64,000 nucleotides of DNA from Pristiophorus japonicus. Lineage: Eukaryota. The stretch covers positions 117,490,001 through 117,554,000 of the forward strand of contig NC_091987.1 in NCBI RefSeq assembly GCF_044704955.1. Direction: 5' to 3'. The notes beneath the pieces are model-generated. The model did no database searches and had not been told where the DNA came from. It worked only from the letters and a program-made list of their open reading frames with translations. Position 1 is the stretch's first letter; each line of letters opens with the position of its first letter. The position numbers and the translations under genes are program-made. Positions 25,332 to 39,391 of this stretch are shown one piece after another.

Positions 25332-25376
25332 AATACATCACCACTGTTAATGTGACATCTCCACAGTACACAACAG
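25332..25376 (+). CDS. Micro-exon type B, 45 nt, (E)YITTVNVTSPQYTT
   Basis: ttccttacag|...ACAACAG|gtactg; in-frame one-codon deletion. Confidence 0.7.
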
Positions 25377-25673
25377 GTACTGAAATTGCGCTCTTTGAAA
25401 ATATTCAGAATATAAGACACCTGATGCTGTAATTGAGTCGTTAGGAACCACAGGAAAGTGCTGATGTGGTTTATCGTCGAATCATACAGGTCAGAAGGAG
25501 GCTATTGTGCCCATTGTGCCTGTGCCGGCTCTTTGAATGAGCTTTCCAATTAGTCCCACTACTTTGCTCTTTCCCCACAGCCCTGCAAATTTCTCCTTTT
25601 CAACTATACATCCAATTCCCTTTTGAACGTTACTATTGAATCAACTTCCACCACCTTTTCAGGCAGTGCATTC

Positions 25674-28600
25674 TGTTATGTTCAGAGTAACTCCACAAGA
25701 CTGTATGCTGTAAGGTCAAACTGACATGACCTTAGTCTCTTTAATCAAACTCCAGAGTGAAAAATCAGCAGGGCAGACAACCTTTTATACTTGCTTGCAC
25801 GAGGTGTGCAGGTGACCCTTGGGTCTCCAACAGGTGCTCCCCCGGTGGCAAGTCTTACACTATTATAAAGTTTACATATATAACTTCACTCCCCCCCAAA
25901 AAAATCTTAGATACAAGTTGAGGTGATCAGGGGCTATTCATTCCCGGGTTGATCACCTGAATTGAAGTCCTGGCATGAGTGAGTTGGTCGGATCATTGCT
26001 GCACTGCAGCACGGCTGATCTGATTGGACTGTCGGGCATGGTGGGTTCATCCTCGTGATTGACAGCGAGATCAGTTGCTGGTTGGGTGTGTGCGGGTGGA
26101 TCAATGATGGTAATGTCCTCTTCAAACTGTTCTTGGTTGTCAGTGATTTGTAGTTTGGTGTGATCCACATGTTTTCTGCACGTTTGTCCATTCAGAAGTT
26201 TGACAACAAACACTCTATTCCCCTCCTTGGCTAAAACAGTGCCAGCAACCCATTTGGGACAATGACCGTAATTAAGAACAAATACAGGGTCATTAACCTC
26301 AATGTCATGCGATATAGCCGTGCAATCGTGGTATATGTTATGCCGGTGATGCCAGGTTTCTAAATGATCATTGAGATCCAGGTGGACTAAGGAGAGCCCT
26401 GGTTTTGACTGCTCTCTTCATTAACAATTCTGCCGGGAGAACCCTGGTAAGTGATTGGGGTCGTGTCCGGAAGCTGAGCCGAACCCGAGGTAACCGGGTC
26501 TGCAGGGAACCGTCCGTCACACGTTTCAAGCTCTGCTTGATAGTTTGGACTTCCCATTCCGCTTGACCATTGGATGCGGGCTTAAATGGGGCAGACCTAA
26601 TATGTTTGATGCCATTGTGGGTCATCAACTCGTTGAATTCTGAGTTGGTGAAACATGGTCCATTGTCACTAACAAGGATGTTGGGGAAACCATGGGTAGC
26701 GAACATGGCCCGGAGGCTTTCAATGGTGGCAGTGGACGTACATGATGACATTATTACATATTCAATCAATTTAGAGTAAGCGTCCACTGCTACTAGGAGG
26801 AGGATTTCCTGGAGTGTATTGGGGATGGTTTTGTAGACCAATATGTCGAGGAACCAACTAGAAGGCTGGCCATCCTAGACTGGGTGATGTGTAATGAGAA
26901 AGGACAAATTAGCAATCTTGTTGTGTGAGGCCCCTTGGGGAAGATTGACCATAATATGGTAGAATTCTTTATTAAGATGGAGAGTGACATAGTTAATTCA
27001 GAGACTATGGTCCTGAACTTAAGGAAAGGTAACTTCGATGGTATGAGACGTGAATTGGCTAGAATAGACTGGCGAATGATACTTAAAGGGTTGACGGTGG
27101 ATAGAGAATGGCAAACATTTAAAGATCACATGGATGAACTTCAACAATTATACATCCCTGTCTGGAGTAAAAATATAACGGGGAAGGTGGCTCAACCGTG
27201 GCTAACAAGGGAAATTAAGGATAGTGTTAAATCCAAGGAAGAGGTATATAAATTGGCCAGAAAATCAGCAAACCTGAGGATTGGGAGAAATTTAGAATTC
27301 AGCAGAGGAGGACAAAGGGTTTAATTAAAAGGGGGAAAATAGAGTATGAGAGGAAGCTTGCTGGGAACATAAAAACTGACTGCAAAAGCTTCTATAGATA
27401 TGTGAAGAGAAAAAGATTAGTGAAGACAAACGTAGGTCCCTTGCAGTCAGAATCAGGTGAATTTATAATGGGGAACAAAGAACAGGCAGACCAATTGAAG
27501 AAATACTTTGGTTCTGTCTTCAGTAAAGAAGACACAAATAATCTTCTGGAAATACTAGGGGACCGAGGGTCTAGCGAGCAGGAGGAACTGAAGGAAATCC
27601 TTATTAGTCAGGAAATTGTGTTAGGGAAATTGATGGGATTGAAGGCCGATACATCCCCAGGGCCTGAATACTTAAGGAAGTGGCCCTAGAAATAGTGGAT
27701 GCATTGGTGATCATTTTCTAACAGTCTATCGACTCTGGATCAGTTCCTATGGACTGGAGGGTAGTTAATGTAACACCACTTTTTAAAAAAGGAGGGGGAG
27801 AGAAAACAGAGAATTATAGACTGGTTTGCCTGACATCAGTGGTGGGGAAAATTTTGGAATCAATTATTAAAAATGAAATAGCAGCGCATTTGGAAAGCAG
27901 TGACAGGATCAGTCCAAGTGAGCATGGATTTATGAAAGGGAAATCATGCTTGACAAATCTTCTAGAATTTTTTGAGGATGTAACTAATAGAGTGGACAAA
28001 GGAGAACCAGTGGATGTGGTGTATTTAGGCTTTCAAAAGCTTTTGACAAGGTCCCACACGATAGATTGATGTGCAAAATTAAAGCACATGGTATTGGGGG
28101 TAATATATTGATGTGGATTGAGAACTGGTTGGCAGACAGGAAGCAGAGTGTCGGGATAAATGGGTCCTTTTCAGAATGGCAGGCAGTGACTAGTGGGGTG
28201 CCGCAGGGCTCAGTGCTGGGACTCCAGCTATTTACAATATACATCAATGACTTCGATGAAAGAATTGAGTGTAATATCTCCAAGTTTGCAGATGACACTA
28301 GGCTGGGTGGCGGTGTGAGCTGTGAGGAGGATGCTAAGAGGCTGCAGGGTATATTGGACAGGTTAGGTGAGTGGGCAAATGCATGGCAGATGCAGTATAA
28401 TGTGGATAAATGTGAGGTTATCCACTTTGGGGGCAGAATATTATCTGAATGGCAGCAGATTAAGAAAAGGGGAGGTGCAACGAGACCTGGGTGTCATGGT
28501 ACATCAGTCATTGAAAGTTGGCATGGAGTTGCAGCAGGCAGTGAAGACGGCAAATGGCATGTTGGCCTTCATAGCTAGGGGATTTGAATATAGGAGCAGG

Positions 28601-31600
28601 GAGGTATTACTGCAGCTGTACAGGGCCTTGGTGAGGCCTTACCTGGAATATTGTGTTCAATTTTGGTCTCCTAATCTGAGGAAGGACGTTCTTGCTATTG
28701 AGGGAGTGCAGCGAAGGTTCACCAGACTGATTCCTGGGATGGCAGGACTGACATATGAAGAGAGACTGGGCCTGTATTCACTGGAATTTAGAAGAATGAG
28801 AGGGGATCTCATAGAAACATATAAAATTCTGACGGGACTGAACAAGTTAGATGCAGGAAGAATGTTCCCGATGTTGGGGAAGTCCAGAAGCAGGGGTCAC
28901 AGTTTAATGTTAAGGGGTAAGCCATTTATGACCAAGGTGAGGAAAAACTTCTTCACTTAGAGAGTGAACCTGTGGCATTCTCTACCGCAGAGAGTTGTTG
29001 ATGCCAGTTCATTAGATATATTTAAGAGGGAGTTAGATATGGCTCTTATGGCTAAAGGGATCAAGGGGCATGGAGAGAAAGCAGGAAAGGGGTACTGAGG
29101 TGAATGATCAGCCAAGATCTTATTGAATGGTGGTGCAGGCTTGAAGGGCTGAATGGCCTACTCCTGTACCTATTATCTATGTTCCTATCTTTCTGTGTTT
29201 CTATCTTTCCAAGAAATGGCCCAGCGAAATCTACGTGGACCCTGGACCAGGATTTGGAGGGCCATGACCACAGACTCAGTGGAGCCTCCCTTGGTGCATA
29301 GCTCAACTGTGAGCAAGTGTTACATTGGTGTACGCATGACCCCAATTCCGAGTCAATGCCGGGCCACCAAACATGCGATCTGGCAATAGCCTTCATCATG
29401 ACTATGCTTGGGTGGGTAATGTGTAGGTCGCGTATAAACGTTTCCCTGCCTTTTTTTGGCAAAACCATGCGATTCCCCCATGGGAGACAATCCAATTGGA
29501 TGGACATTTCATCCTTGCATTGGTAAAATGGCTTAATTTTGTCTTACATTTCCCCGGGGACAGCCGACCAGCTCCCATGAAGGACGCAGTTTTTTACTCA
29601 TGATAGCACAGGGTCCAGGTCCTGATCTGGCGAGCCATGATGGGTGGCCCTTTGCTCTCAAAAGCATCCATTACAAGAAGTAAGTCTGTGGGTTGCGTCA
29701 TTTCCATCTCGGTGGTGGGCAATGGTAGCCGACTGAGGGCATTAGCACAGTTCTCAGTGCCTGGTCTGTGGCGGATTACATAGTCATAGGCAGATAATGT
29801 TAGTGCCCATCTTTGGAGGTGGGACAAAGCATTGGTGTTAATACCTTTGCTTTCTGAAAACAGCGAATTAAGTCATTTGTGGTCCGTTTCGAGCTCGAAC
29901 CAAAGTCCAAATAGATTTTGGTGCATTTTCTTAACCCCGTATAAGCATACTAATGCTTAATTCTCAACCATACTGTAGGCTCTTTCAGCCTCAGATAAAC
30001 TTCTGGACGCATATGCAACCGGTTGCAGTTTGCCTGACACATTGGCTTGCTGTAACACACAACCGACCCCGTACGAAGATGCATCACAAGCTAGTACTAA
30101 ATGTTTACACGGGTCATACAATACAAGTAACTTGTTAGAACATAGCAGATGTCTGGCCTTCTCAAAGGCTGTCTCTTGAGATTTACCCCAAACCCAGTCA
30201 TTACCCTTACGTAACAATAAATGCAAAGGTTCCAGCAAAGTGCTCAACCCAGGTAGAAAGTTACCAAAATAGTTGAGGAGTCCCAGGAACGAACACAGCT
30301 CCGTCACATTCTGTGGTCTGGGTGCATTCTTGATGGCCTCTGTCTTTGAGTCCGTGGGTCTGATGCTGTCTGCCGCAATCTTTCTCCCTAAAAATTCGAT
30401 CTCTGGCACCAGGAAAACAGATTTGGAGCGTTTCAGCCTGAGTCCCACTCTGTCCAGTCGCTCTTCTAGGTTGTGCAAGTGTTCGGTGATGTCACGACTT
30501 GTGATCGGGATGTCGTCTTGGAACACAATGGTGCGTGGAACCGATTTCAGCAGACTCTCCATGTTCCTCTGGAAGATGACAGCAGCCAAGCGAATCCCAA
30601 AATGGCATCTGTGGTATATGAACAGTTGTTTGTGCGTGTTGATGCACGTCAATCTTTTCGAAGATTCATCCAGCTACTGTTTCATGTAAGCAGAAGTTAG
30701 ATCGAGCTTGGTGAACGACTTCCCCCCTGCCAGCGTTGCGAACAGGTCCACCGCTCTGGTCCTGTAACGAGACTCGGTTGATCATTACTTTGTAGTCTCC
30801 GCAGATTCTGACCGTGCCATCGCTTTTCAACACTGGAACAATTCCAGTGGCCCACTCATTGGACTCGACTGGCGATATAATTCTCTCGCGTTGAAGTCTG
30901 TCCAGTTCGATCTCGACTTTTTCCCGCATCATATATGGAACTGCTCGGGCCTTGTGATGAACAGGCCATGCATCAGGGATTAGATGGATCTGCACTTTTG
31001 CGCCTGTGAAGTTGCCGATGCCTGGCTCAAATAGCGACGGAAATTTGTTTAGCTCTTGAGCGCACGAGGCGTCATCCACCGAAGACAGCGCTTTGATGTC
31101 GTCCCAGTTCCATCGGATCTTTCCTAGCCATCTTCTGCTGAACAGTGCTGGGCCATCGCCTGATACAATCCACAGTGATAAATCATGCACAGCTCCATCG
31201 TATGATACCTTCACTGCCGCACTGCCAACAACTGGTATGAGCTCTTTGGTGTAAGTGCGCAGCTTTGTATGAATCGGGCTTAGTTTTGGCCTTTGTGCCT
31301 TGTTGTCCCACAGTTTCTCAAAAGCCTTCTGGCTCATAATTGACTGACTCGCCCCCGTGTCCAATTCCATGGAAACTGGAATGCCATTTAATTTGACTTT
31401 CAACATTATCGGAGGGCCTTTGGTGGTGAAGGTGTGTACCCCATACACTTCCTCTTCAGACTCGGGTTGAGTTGCCTCTCTTACTTGCTCAGCGTGATCC
31501 ACGCCGGATCGGTCATCTTCTGCCGGCTCTGCCACGTGGTGAATCGCAGCACGTCTGCACATTTGCTGGAGATACCGCATTGTTCCACAGCCTTTGCACA

Positions 31601-32587
31601 CATAGTGCTTGAATCGACATTGAAGGGCTCTATGATTACTCCCGCAGCACCAACATGGTGTTAATAGATTCGTATTCACGCCCCACAGCGGACTCTGAGT
31701 CATCCTAGGTCTGGCCTCTGCAGGCGTGTAGGCCCTGCCATGTACAGTTCTGCCTGCTGAAGGCGTTATTTTATGCACAGTACTTGCCGGTGAGCATCGA
31801 TACTGAGAAGATATCTGCTTAGTATTATCGTTCGTGGACATGAAAGCCTGGGCTATCGTGATGGCCTTGCTCAGATCTAGGGATTCGGCTGACAGCATTT
31901 TGCGAAGAATGACCTCGTGGCCAATTCCAAGCATGAAAAAGTCCTGCAACATTTCCCCCAAAAGTCCGGCAAATTCGCACGGTCCCGCAAGGCATCTTAG
32001 GTCGGCGACATAGCTCGCCACGTCCTGGCTCTCGGAGCAGTGGTGCATATAAAAGCGATACCTGGCCATTAAGACGCTCTCCTTGCAACTTGAGACGTTC
32101 CCGAACCAGCATGCATAACTCTGCCTATGCCTTGTCCATTGCTTTCGTCGGTGCTAGCAGATTTTTGATGAGGCCATATATCGTGGACCCACAAATGGTG
32201 AGGTGAGTCGCCCTGCGCTTGACCGCATTACTGTCTGTACCCAGCTCGTTGGCCATGAATATTGGTCAAGATGCTCAACGAAGGCTTCCCAATCATCACG
32301 CTCAACAATCTCTCAAGAATACCAACAGCAGCCATAACCGCGTGAAAGTTCGTGATCTGTTACTCGTCGCCAATTGTTATGTTCAGAATAACTCCACAAG
32401 ACTGTGTGTTGTAAGCTCAAACTGATGTGACCTTAGTCTCTTTAATCAAACTCCAGAGTGAAGAATCAGCAGGGCAGACAACCTTTTATGCTTGATTGCA
32501 CGAGGTGTGCAGGTGACCCTTGGGTCTCCAACAGGTGCTCCCCCTGGTGGCAAGTCTTACACTATTATAAAGTTTACATACATAACA
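25674..32587 (-). mobile_element. Second Ty3/Gypsy LTR retrotransposon (related family, different LTR), decayed
   Basis: LTRs 25674-25885 and 32375-32587; TSD cattc; PBS tggcgacgag; ORFs 30666..32069 (gag/PR), 29957..30652 (RT/RH) and 26368..26841 (IN). Confidence 0.95.
26796..29204 (+). mobile_element. CR1 LINE nested in the integrase region of Gypsy 2
   Basis: Broken ORF2 pieces at 26935-28960; decayed ttctatgt tail near 29175-29204. Confidence 0.92.
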
Positions 32588-33076
32588 CATTCTAAACCTT
32601 AACAACTCACTGCGTGAAAATAATTCCTTCTCAGCTCCCCTCGAGTGCTGTTGCTAATTACCTTAAATTCATGACCTCAAGTTATCGCCCCTCCTGCAAT
32701 AAAAGTATTTTCTCTTACTTACTCGAGAAAAAAACATTCAGAATTTTGAACACATCTATTAAATCTCCTCTTAATCTTCTCTGCTCTAAGGAGGTTTGAA
32801 TTGAGAAGGACCTTCAGCCCATTTGATCTCATCCTATTAAAGTACCAACCGCACACATTTTCCCATTACTGAATTACTACACGCATCATGAAGCAAGAAG
32901 TGTTGGATTGGGAGACTGGGATTCAATCAGCTAAGTTACAGGGCAATATAATTGATTTACAGTTTTATACTATTAAATCAAAGACCTAACAGGCTAAAAT
33001 AGTAATCATGTACAATGCATGTATATACGTGCAATATTTAAGTGTATCTGATTGTTGCTTCTGTTAAATATGTTAG

Positions 33077-33112
33077 TTTCGCTAATCACATCATCTCCAT
33101 CAAACAAGACAG
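33077..33112 (+). CDS. Possible 36-nt type A' micro-exon (V)SLITSSPSNKT
   Basis: tgttag|...AAGACAG|gtgctg; weak acceptor. Confidence 0.35.
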
Positions 33113-33538
33113 GTGCTGGAAATGCACTCTCTGAGAATGTGGTGGTTTATGTTAGTTGTTTAAAACCAGAGAGAACCGCTGGAATGATGATACAGTGATG
33201 CCAAGCTTTGCTGCATGAATTGTGAAAGAACCATGTTGAAATTGGATGCGTTCCATAGACGTAGACCTGTGATCGCAGCCTTTAATGTCAACCTTGATGC
33301 CGTTGAGAACCATGGGCCTGGGATATTAGCCCCATAATACAATTGGGGGTAATTTGCAACTTCAGTGCAGTTGGCGAGCTTGCAGTAGTGGATTGGCACC
33401 TGTTATACACCTCAGCCGATTTTCTTATCCATTGGATTCGGCTGGGTTCTATCAAAGGCCACTTTGCCAGATTATCCGCTGGGCGGTGAAGATGGAAATT
33501 TAACATGCCCGTCTTAACCACTAGTAATCATTTTGCAG

Positions 33539-33586
33539 AGAATATCTTTACCATAACTCCCACATTGCCTACATCTCTTGTGACAG
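33539..33586 (+). CDS. Type C micro-exon with GC donor, (E)NIFTITPTLPTSLVT; non-canonical or dead
   Basis: ttttgcag acceptor intact, 48 nt open, donor gcaatt instead of gtaatt. Confidence 0.35.
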
Positions 33587-34065
33587 GCAATTGCAAATGG
33601 CTATTTGAGAATTTTATATTTTGAAAATGACAGCCGTACATTAATGGACAAAGTTTGATTGTTGTTTACGAGACTGTACGAATTTACTTGTGCTCCATCT
33701 CATCAATGCAGAATAATTGACAAATTCTGCCCCCTCTGTTCATTGTCCATCAACATCCCCATTAAGGTGCACAATGATGCACAGGGAAAGACTGGACAGA
33801 AAGAGAACTAGTCAGATCCAATTGTCTTGTCACACGCCACATCCCACTGTTGCTGGAACCTCTGAAAAACATCAATATACTTCTTAATTACATAAAAAGA
33901 AGCAGTCAACTGCTTGCAAATGGCATGTATTGACACCAGAGATGGAGACGGTGCATCATAGCGAGTGCACAGTTTGTAGATGTGTGGAAGAAACACAGGG
34001 TAAACAGCCATTACACAGAATGTCATCAGTGGTGCAATTTTAATGGGGGTTAAGATCAAAGACTC

Positions 34066-37000
34066 GGGGCTTGACTTTCCATTATTTTTGCATCGATTCC
34101 GCCCATGTAAAGTCCATTTTAATGCTGAGATGAGGTATAACGCCCAGATATCGCCCATTTAGCAACAAAATGGAAACTAACGCCCATGTATCGCTCACTT
34201 AACGCCCAGCATTACTTTCGTCATGTACTTAATGCCGAGAATTAATAATAGCGCCGGTCCAGTTTTTTTTGCCGTAAAGTTCAGAATGGGCGAAACTAAT
34301 GCCCATAATATCGCCGAGTGTTACTTTTGGCACTTCATCCATATCCGAAAATATCGCTCACCGAAAAATATGTTGAGAAAAAGTTGCTCTCACCTGAACT
34401 AAACCCAACGGTATGGACGTCATTTTGTAAATTGGAGGTCGGTTCATATAAAAGGCTGCTTTAATTTCTGGGGAGTTTTGATGTACTCAGGAGGTCATTT
34501 AAGGTGATTTGAACATCTGAGCAAACATCTTATCATACTGTGGATGATTTGAATTTATTTTAAGTGTTTTAGTAGGTAAATTTATTGTTTGTGAACAATA
34601 GGTATAATACTAATTGTTATTGTAATGGGGCCTGTAATTTTTCAGCCTGTCTTGATGACTACACACATGCTGCAGGATAGAGATGGCAGAAGGTATATTC
34701 AAGAGCATTATGTGCCCAGTCAAAGAGGTGGCAGACTGAGGAGGAGGACGAGAACTTACACCCCACATATATACAGGGAGAAGCGGTCTTATCTGAGACA
34801 ATGCGCAACAAGGTTATGTGAAATAAAAAACATTTAATGAGAACATTTGTATAAAATCATAATTATAGCTGTAAAAAACACCCCACCCCACCCCACAACA
34901 AATTTATATAATTCATTAAACTTTTAACCTTTCCAACAAAACTTCATAAACATAGAACACAAATGCAAAAAAACAAGGTACCATCCTCCCCCTTCCCCCA
35001 AACCCCCCGACAAAATAGCAACCACAACATAAAAATACTGTGACCAGTACAACTCCTGCGGTCATGCACCTGACTTTCCTTCCCGTCCCCCCCTCCCCCG
35101 CTTCTCCTCCCCACCTCTACCCCTTTCCCTTCCCCTCCTGACTCCAAGCCACCTTGCTGAGGAGCTCCTCAGGCGCTGCTTCATTGGGGAGGATGACGGC
35201 AGAACCGCTGGTTTACTGAATATAGGAGAGGATGGTCCCGAGGTGGGAACATGCTCCAAGCCAGTCACAAGACCTTCCTCCTGGCTCTCGTGTTGTTGGC
35301 AATGGGGACGCGGCACCTTGGGGTGCAGCGCCACGCTCCGGTACCACTGGGAGCCCTCTGGCACCAGTGTTCCTGGCCATCACCTCCGGGGCCTCCGCCA
35401 TCCACGGTACATACTCGGTCATGGTGGCGGACATGCTGGCCAGCTTTTGGGATATGCCACCCATTGTCTGGAGGATCTGCTGACCTTTTTTAACACTCCT
35501 CCTGGATAAGTATACCATGTCCCCGCTCAGATCTGCCGCTCATGGAGCAGTCCTGCTGCATCGAACCAACCTCCGCAGGGTCAGCGCCATCATGGAGACT
35601 TGGGGTGCCCTGTGGCAGGGTGCTTGGGCCTGCTACCTCCACAGTGGAGGGGGACATGACCGCAGGAACACCAGATGTCATCGGGGTTGCATAGATGATG
35701 GAGCTTGTCGATGCAGGCTCCTCAAAGTCAGCACTGTCATCAGTGGAGAAGGCACCCTGAAGCTCCATGGGTGAGATTCAGGGCTCCTCAGCACCATATT
35801 GACAATCCCCCAGTGAAGCAACTACCGGATTCTTGCCTCAGTGGTGTTGCATGTGGCTGCACTGCTGGCTGAGCTACAAAACATAAATGAGGTTATTAGA
35901 GGAGAAGGGGGTGCTAGGGTCACAAGATGATTCAAACGCTACACACAGCATATGCACGACAAAAGCACCACTGCTATCAACATCATCACAGACATCACAT
36001 TTCATGAACATGACCAAATTCTGCATTACAATGATTTTCATGAGGCCATCATTATTTAGATAACACTTTTATCAATCATCTATCATATATAAATGTTCGG
36101 ATATGACTGAGTGTGGCATCTATTGAATTTACGTCATGCAATGGTGTAAACTTTACTCACATGGCATCACATCAGGCTCTGCTGCTGCTTGCATGGCCGA
36201 CCGGGGGTGGCTCCCCACTAGTGCCAGCACCCGCTCCTCGATGTCTGAACTCGCTGATGACAGGTGGTCCTCCACCTGTGCGCCGCTGCTCGGCCCTATT
36301 ATTCGAAAGCTTCTGCAGAAAGTAACAACAGCTTGACTTGGCATGAGATCATTGCATGAGATCATCGCTAGGTACTGTCACAGAGACTGATACAACACAT
36401 AACTGACAGATGTAATCATGATTATTACGATAATTATAATTATTTACCTAAAGACGTACACTGTAAACACAGGCTTTGAGTAAAACATTTGCGGTATAAG
36501 TGCAAGACATCACATCTGATTTTAATCACTCATTACACTTACAATTCAAATTATATAAATAAATAAGTAAATGTAAATAAATGTAATACTCTGGCGGATC
36601 TGACAAGGTCGTTCCAGCGCTTGCAGCACTGGTTGCCCTCAGGCACCTTGTGTGTCGCCAATGAGACCACCTCAGCTATGTCAGCCCAAATTAACTGGTA
36701 TACCTTTGGGATGGGCTTCCCATGCCCACCCTGGGTCAATTGACTCCAGCATGACTCCACCTCCTGCAGGAGGGAGGCATTTGTCTCGTCAGAGAATCTC
36801 CGAGCTCATTTTCATCCTCCCACTTCCAGTTTCTCACCTACCTCACTGCTCTCGCCAGCATCCTCACCCTTCACATTGTGCTGTCGCCTCCGCCATGCCT
36901 TCCATTTAATTATATTTTTTTCCCCAAATCACCATGCAAACAAAGTTATTTGTGCTCTCAATTCTTTTTACTGCTGCTAAATCTCTTTTCTACCTCGCAT

Positions 37001-37347
37001 AACAGCCAAACAACCATACAACACACCCACACGCTTTCAGTTCCTCTTTGCTCCCTCTCACTCTCTCTCCTCTTCTGCGCATGTATTGATGACCCCTGAC
37101 CTGAAACGTGGAAAACGACCATTGCCATGGCGTTGCTATGCACGCTGACATTTTACGGCAGAAGGGCAAAAAATTTACCGCTAACGCCCATTTCACATCA
37201 CTCCCGATAATGCCCATTTTATAAAGTGGAAAGTTGGGGTTTTGAAACTGGGCGATAATCCGGCGATCTCAAAACCCATAATAAATGCCAATGCTGGAAA
37301 TAATGCCCATTTTTGGATGATCTGCACAATAATGAAAAATCTAGCCT
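34066..37347. mobile_element. Internally deleted PIF/Harbinger transposon: transposase N-terminal stub (+) and decayed, intron-containing Myb/SANT-like gene (-)
   Basis: Imperfect TIR gggcttgactttcc / gaaaaatctagcc. Minus-strand WADIAEVVS...QCCKRWNDL (36590-36760) can splice to KLSNNRAEQRRTGGG (about 36312 down). Plus-strand stub 34625-34795 ends YREKRSYL. Confidence 0.8.
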
Positions 37348-37658
37348 TTAGAATTAATATTAAAAGTTATGAATTTGGTTCTGTTTGGGATGATTTAAAT
37401 TCAAAATGGGCTTTAGACAAAAAAAGTCTAAATTTGACTGGAAATAGACATTGTTTTTATTCATGGCTGTAACTTGGTTGCAGAAACTGTTGGAGGGAAT
37501 AGTCTGAATCTATTAAATTCATGGAAAATGTTGCATTTTACAATATAAACCTCAAGTAGTTCACCAATGCCATAATCTGTGGACACTTTACAAAGTAATG
37601 TTGCAGACTGGGTATGGCTGTTGATTGTCTGAACTGAACTCTTGTACTTTCCTTACAG

Positions 37659-37706
37659 AAAACAGCACTACTGTTAACGTGACATCTTCCCCACAAAACA
37701 CAACAG
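37659..37706 (+). CDS. Micro-exon type B, 48 nt, (E)NSTTVNVTSSPQNTT
   Basis: ttccttacag|...ACAACAG|gtactg. Confidence 0.75.
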
Positions 37707-38557
37707 GTACTGAAATTGCGCACTTTGAAAATATGCAGTGTATAAGAAAGCTGATGCTGAAATTGGGTAGTTAAGATCCATAGTAAACTGTTGATGTGAT
37801 TTATCGTCGAATCATACAGGACAGAAGGAGGCTATTGAGCCCAATGTACCTGTGCAGGCTCTTTGAATGAGCTTTCCAATTAATCCCACTACTCTGCTCT
37901 TTCCCCATAGCCCTGCAAATTTCCCCTTTTCAAGTATACATTCAATTCCCTTTTGAAAGTTACTATTCAATTACCATTTACCACCTTTTCAAGCAGTGCA
38001 TTCTAAACCTTAACAACTCGCTGCGTAAAAATAATTCTTCTTCAGCTCCCCTCGAGTGCTGTTGCTAATTACCATAAATCTATGACCTCTAGTTACTGCC
38101 CCTCCTGCCAGTAGAAGCTTTTTGACCTGCTTACACTATCAAATGATTCAGAATTTTGAACACATCTATTTAATCTCTTCTTAGTCTTCTCTGCTCTATG
38201 GAGGTTTGAAACAAGAAGGACCTTCAGCCCATTCGATCTCATCCTATTAAAGTACCAACCGCACTCATTTTCCCATTACTGAATTACTACACACATCATA
38301 AGGCTAAAAGTGTTGACTTGGGAGACAGGGATTCAATCACCTGAGTGACATTGTTTCTACTCATGGCTGTAATTTTGTTGCAGAAACTGTTGGAGGGAAT
38401 AGTCTGAATCGAGTAAACTCATGCAAAATTTAACATGTTGCACTATAATCCTTAAATCGTTCATCTGTGCCATAATCTGTGGACAGTTTACAATGTAATG
38501 CTGCAGACAAGGTGTGGCTTTTGATTGCCTGATCGAAATCTTGTACTTTCCTTACAG

Positions 38558-38602
38558 AATATAGCACCACTGTTAATGTGACATCTCCACAGTACACAAC
38601 AG
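38558..38602 (+). CDS. Micro-exon type B, 45 nt, (E)YSTTVNVTSPQYTT
   Basis: ttccttacag|...ACAACAG|gtactg; same codon deletion as 25332. Confidence 0.7.
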
Positions 38603-39355
38603 GTACTGAAATTGTGCTCTTTGAAAATATTGAGAATGTAAGACACCTGATGCTGAAACTGAGTAGTTAGGAACCACAGGAAACTGCTGATGTGATTTTT
38701 CATCGAGTCATACAGGACAGAAGGAGGCTATTCAGCCCATTGTGCCTGTGCCGGCTCTTTGAATGAGCTTTCCAATTAGTCCCACTGCTCTGCTCTTTCC
38801 CCATAGCCCTGCTAATTTCTCCTTTTCAAGTGTATATCCAATTCCCTTTTGAAAGTTACTATTGAATCAGCTTCCACCACCTTTTCAGGCAGTGCATTCT
38901 AAACCTTAACAACTCGCTGCGTAAAAATAATTTCTCCTCAGCTCCCCTCGAGTGCTGTTGCTAATTACCTTAAATCCATGACCAGAAGAAGCATTTTCAC
39001 CTTACTTACTCTGGGAAAACCATTCTTTATATTGAACACCTCTATAAAATCTCCCTTTAATCTTATCTGCTCTAGGCAGTTTGAATCGATAAGGACCTAC
39101 AGCCGATTTGATCTCATCGTTTAAAGTACTAACTGCACTCATTTTCCCATCACTGAATTACTACACTCACCATCAAGCTAAAAGTGTTGGATTGAGAGAC
39201 TGTGATTCAGTCACCTGAGTTTCAGGACAATACAGATTTACAGATTTATACTATTAACTCAAAAACCTAACTTAATGTGAAATATTAATCATGTACAATG
39301 AATGTATATGCAACCTTTAAGCATATCTGATTGTTGCTTCTGTTAAATGTGTTAG

Positions 39356-39391
39356 TTTCACAAATCACATCATCTCCATCAAACAAGACAA
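39356..39391 (+). CDS. Possible 36-nt type A' micro-exon (V)SQITSSPSNKT
   Basis: tgttag|...AAGACAA|gtgctg; both splice sites weak. Confidence 0.25.
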
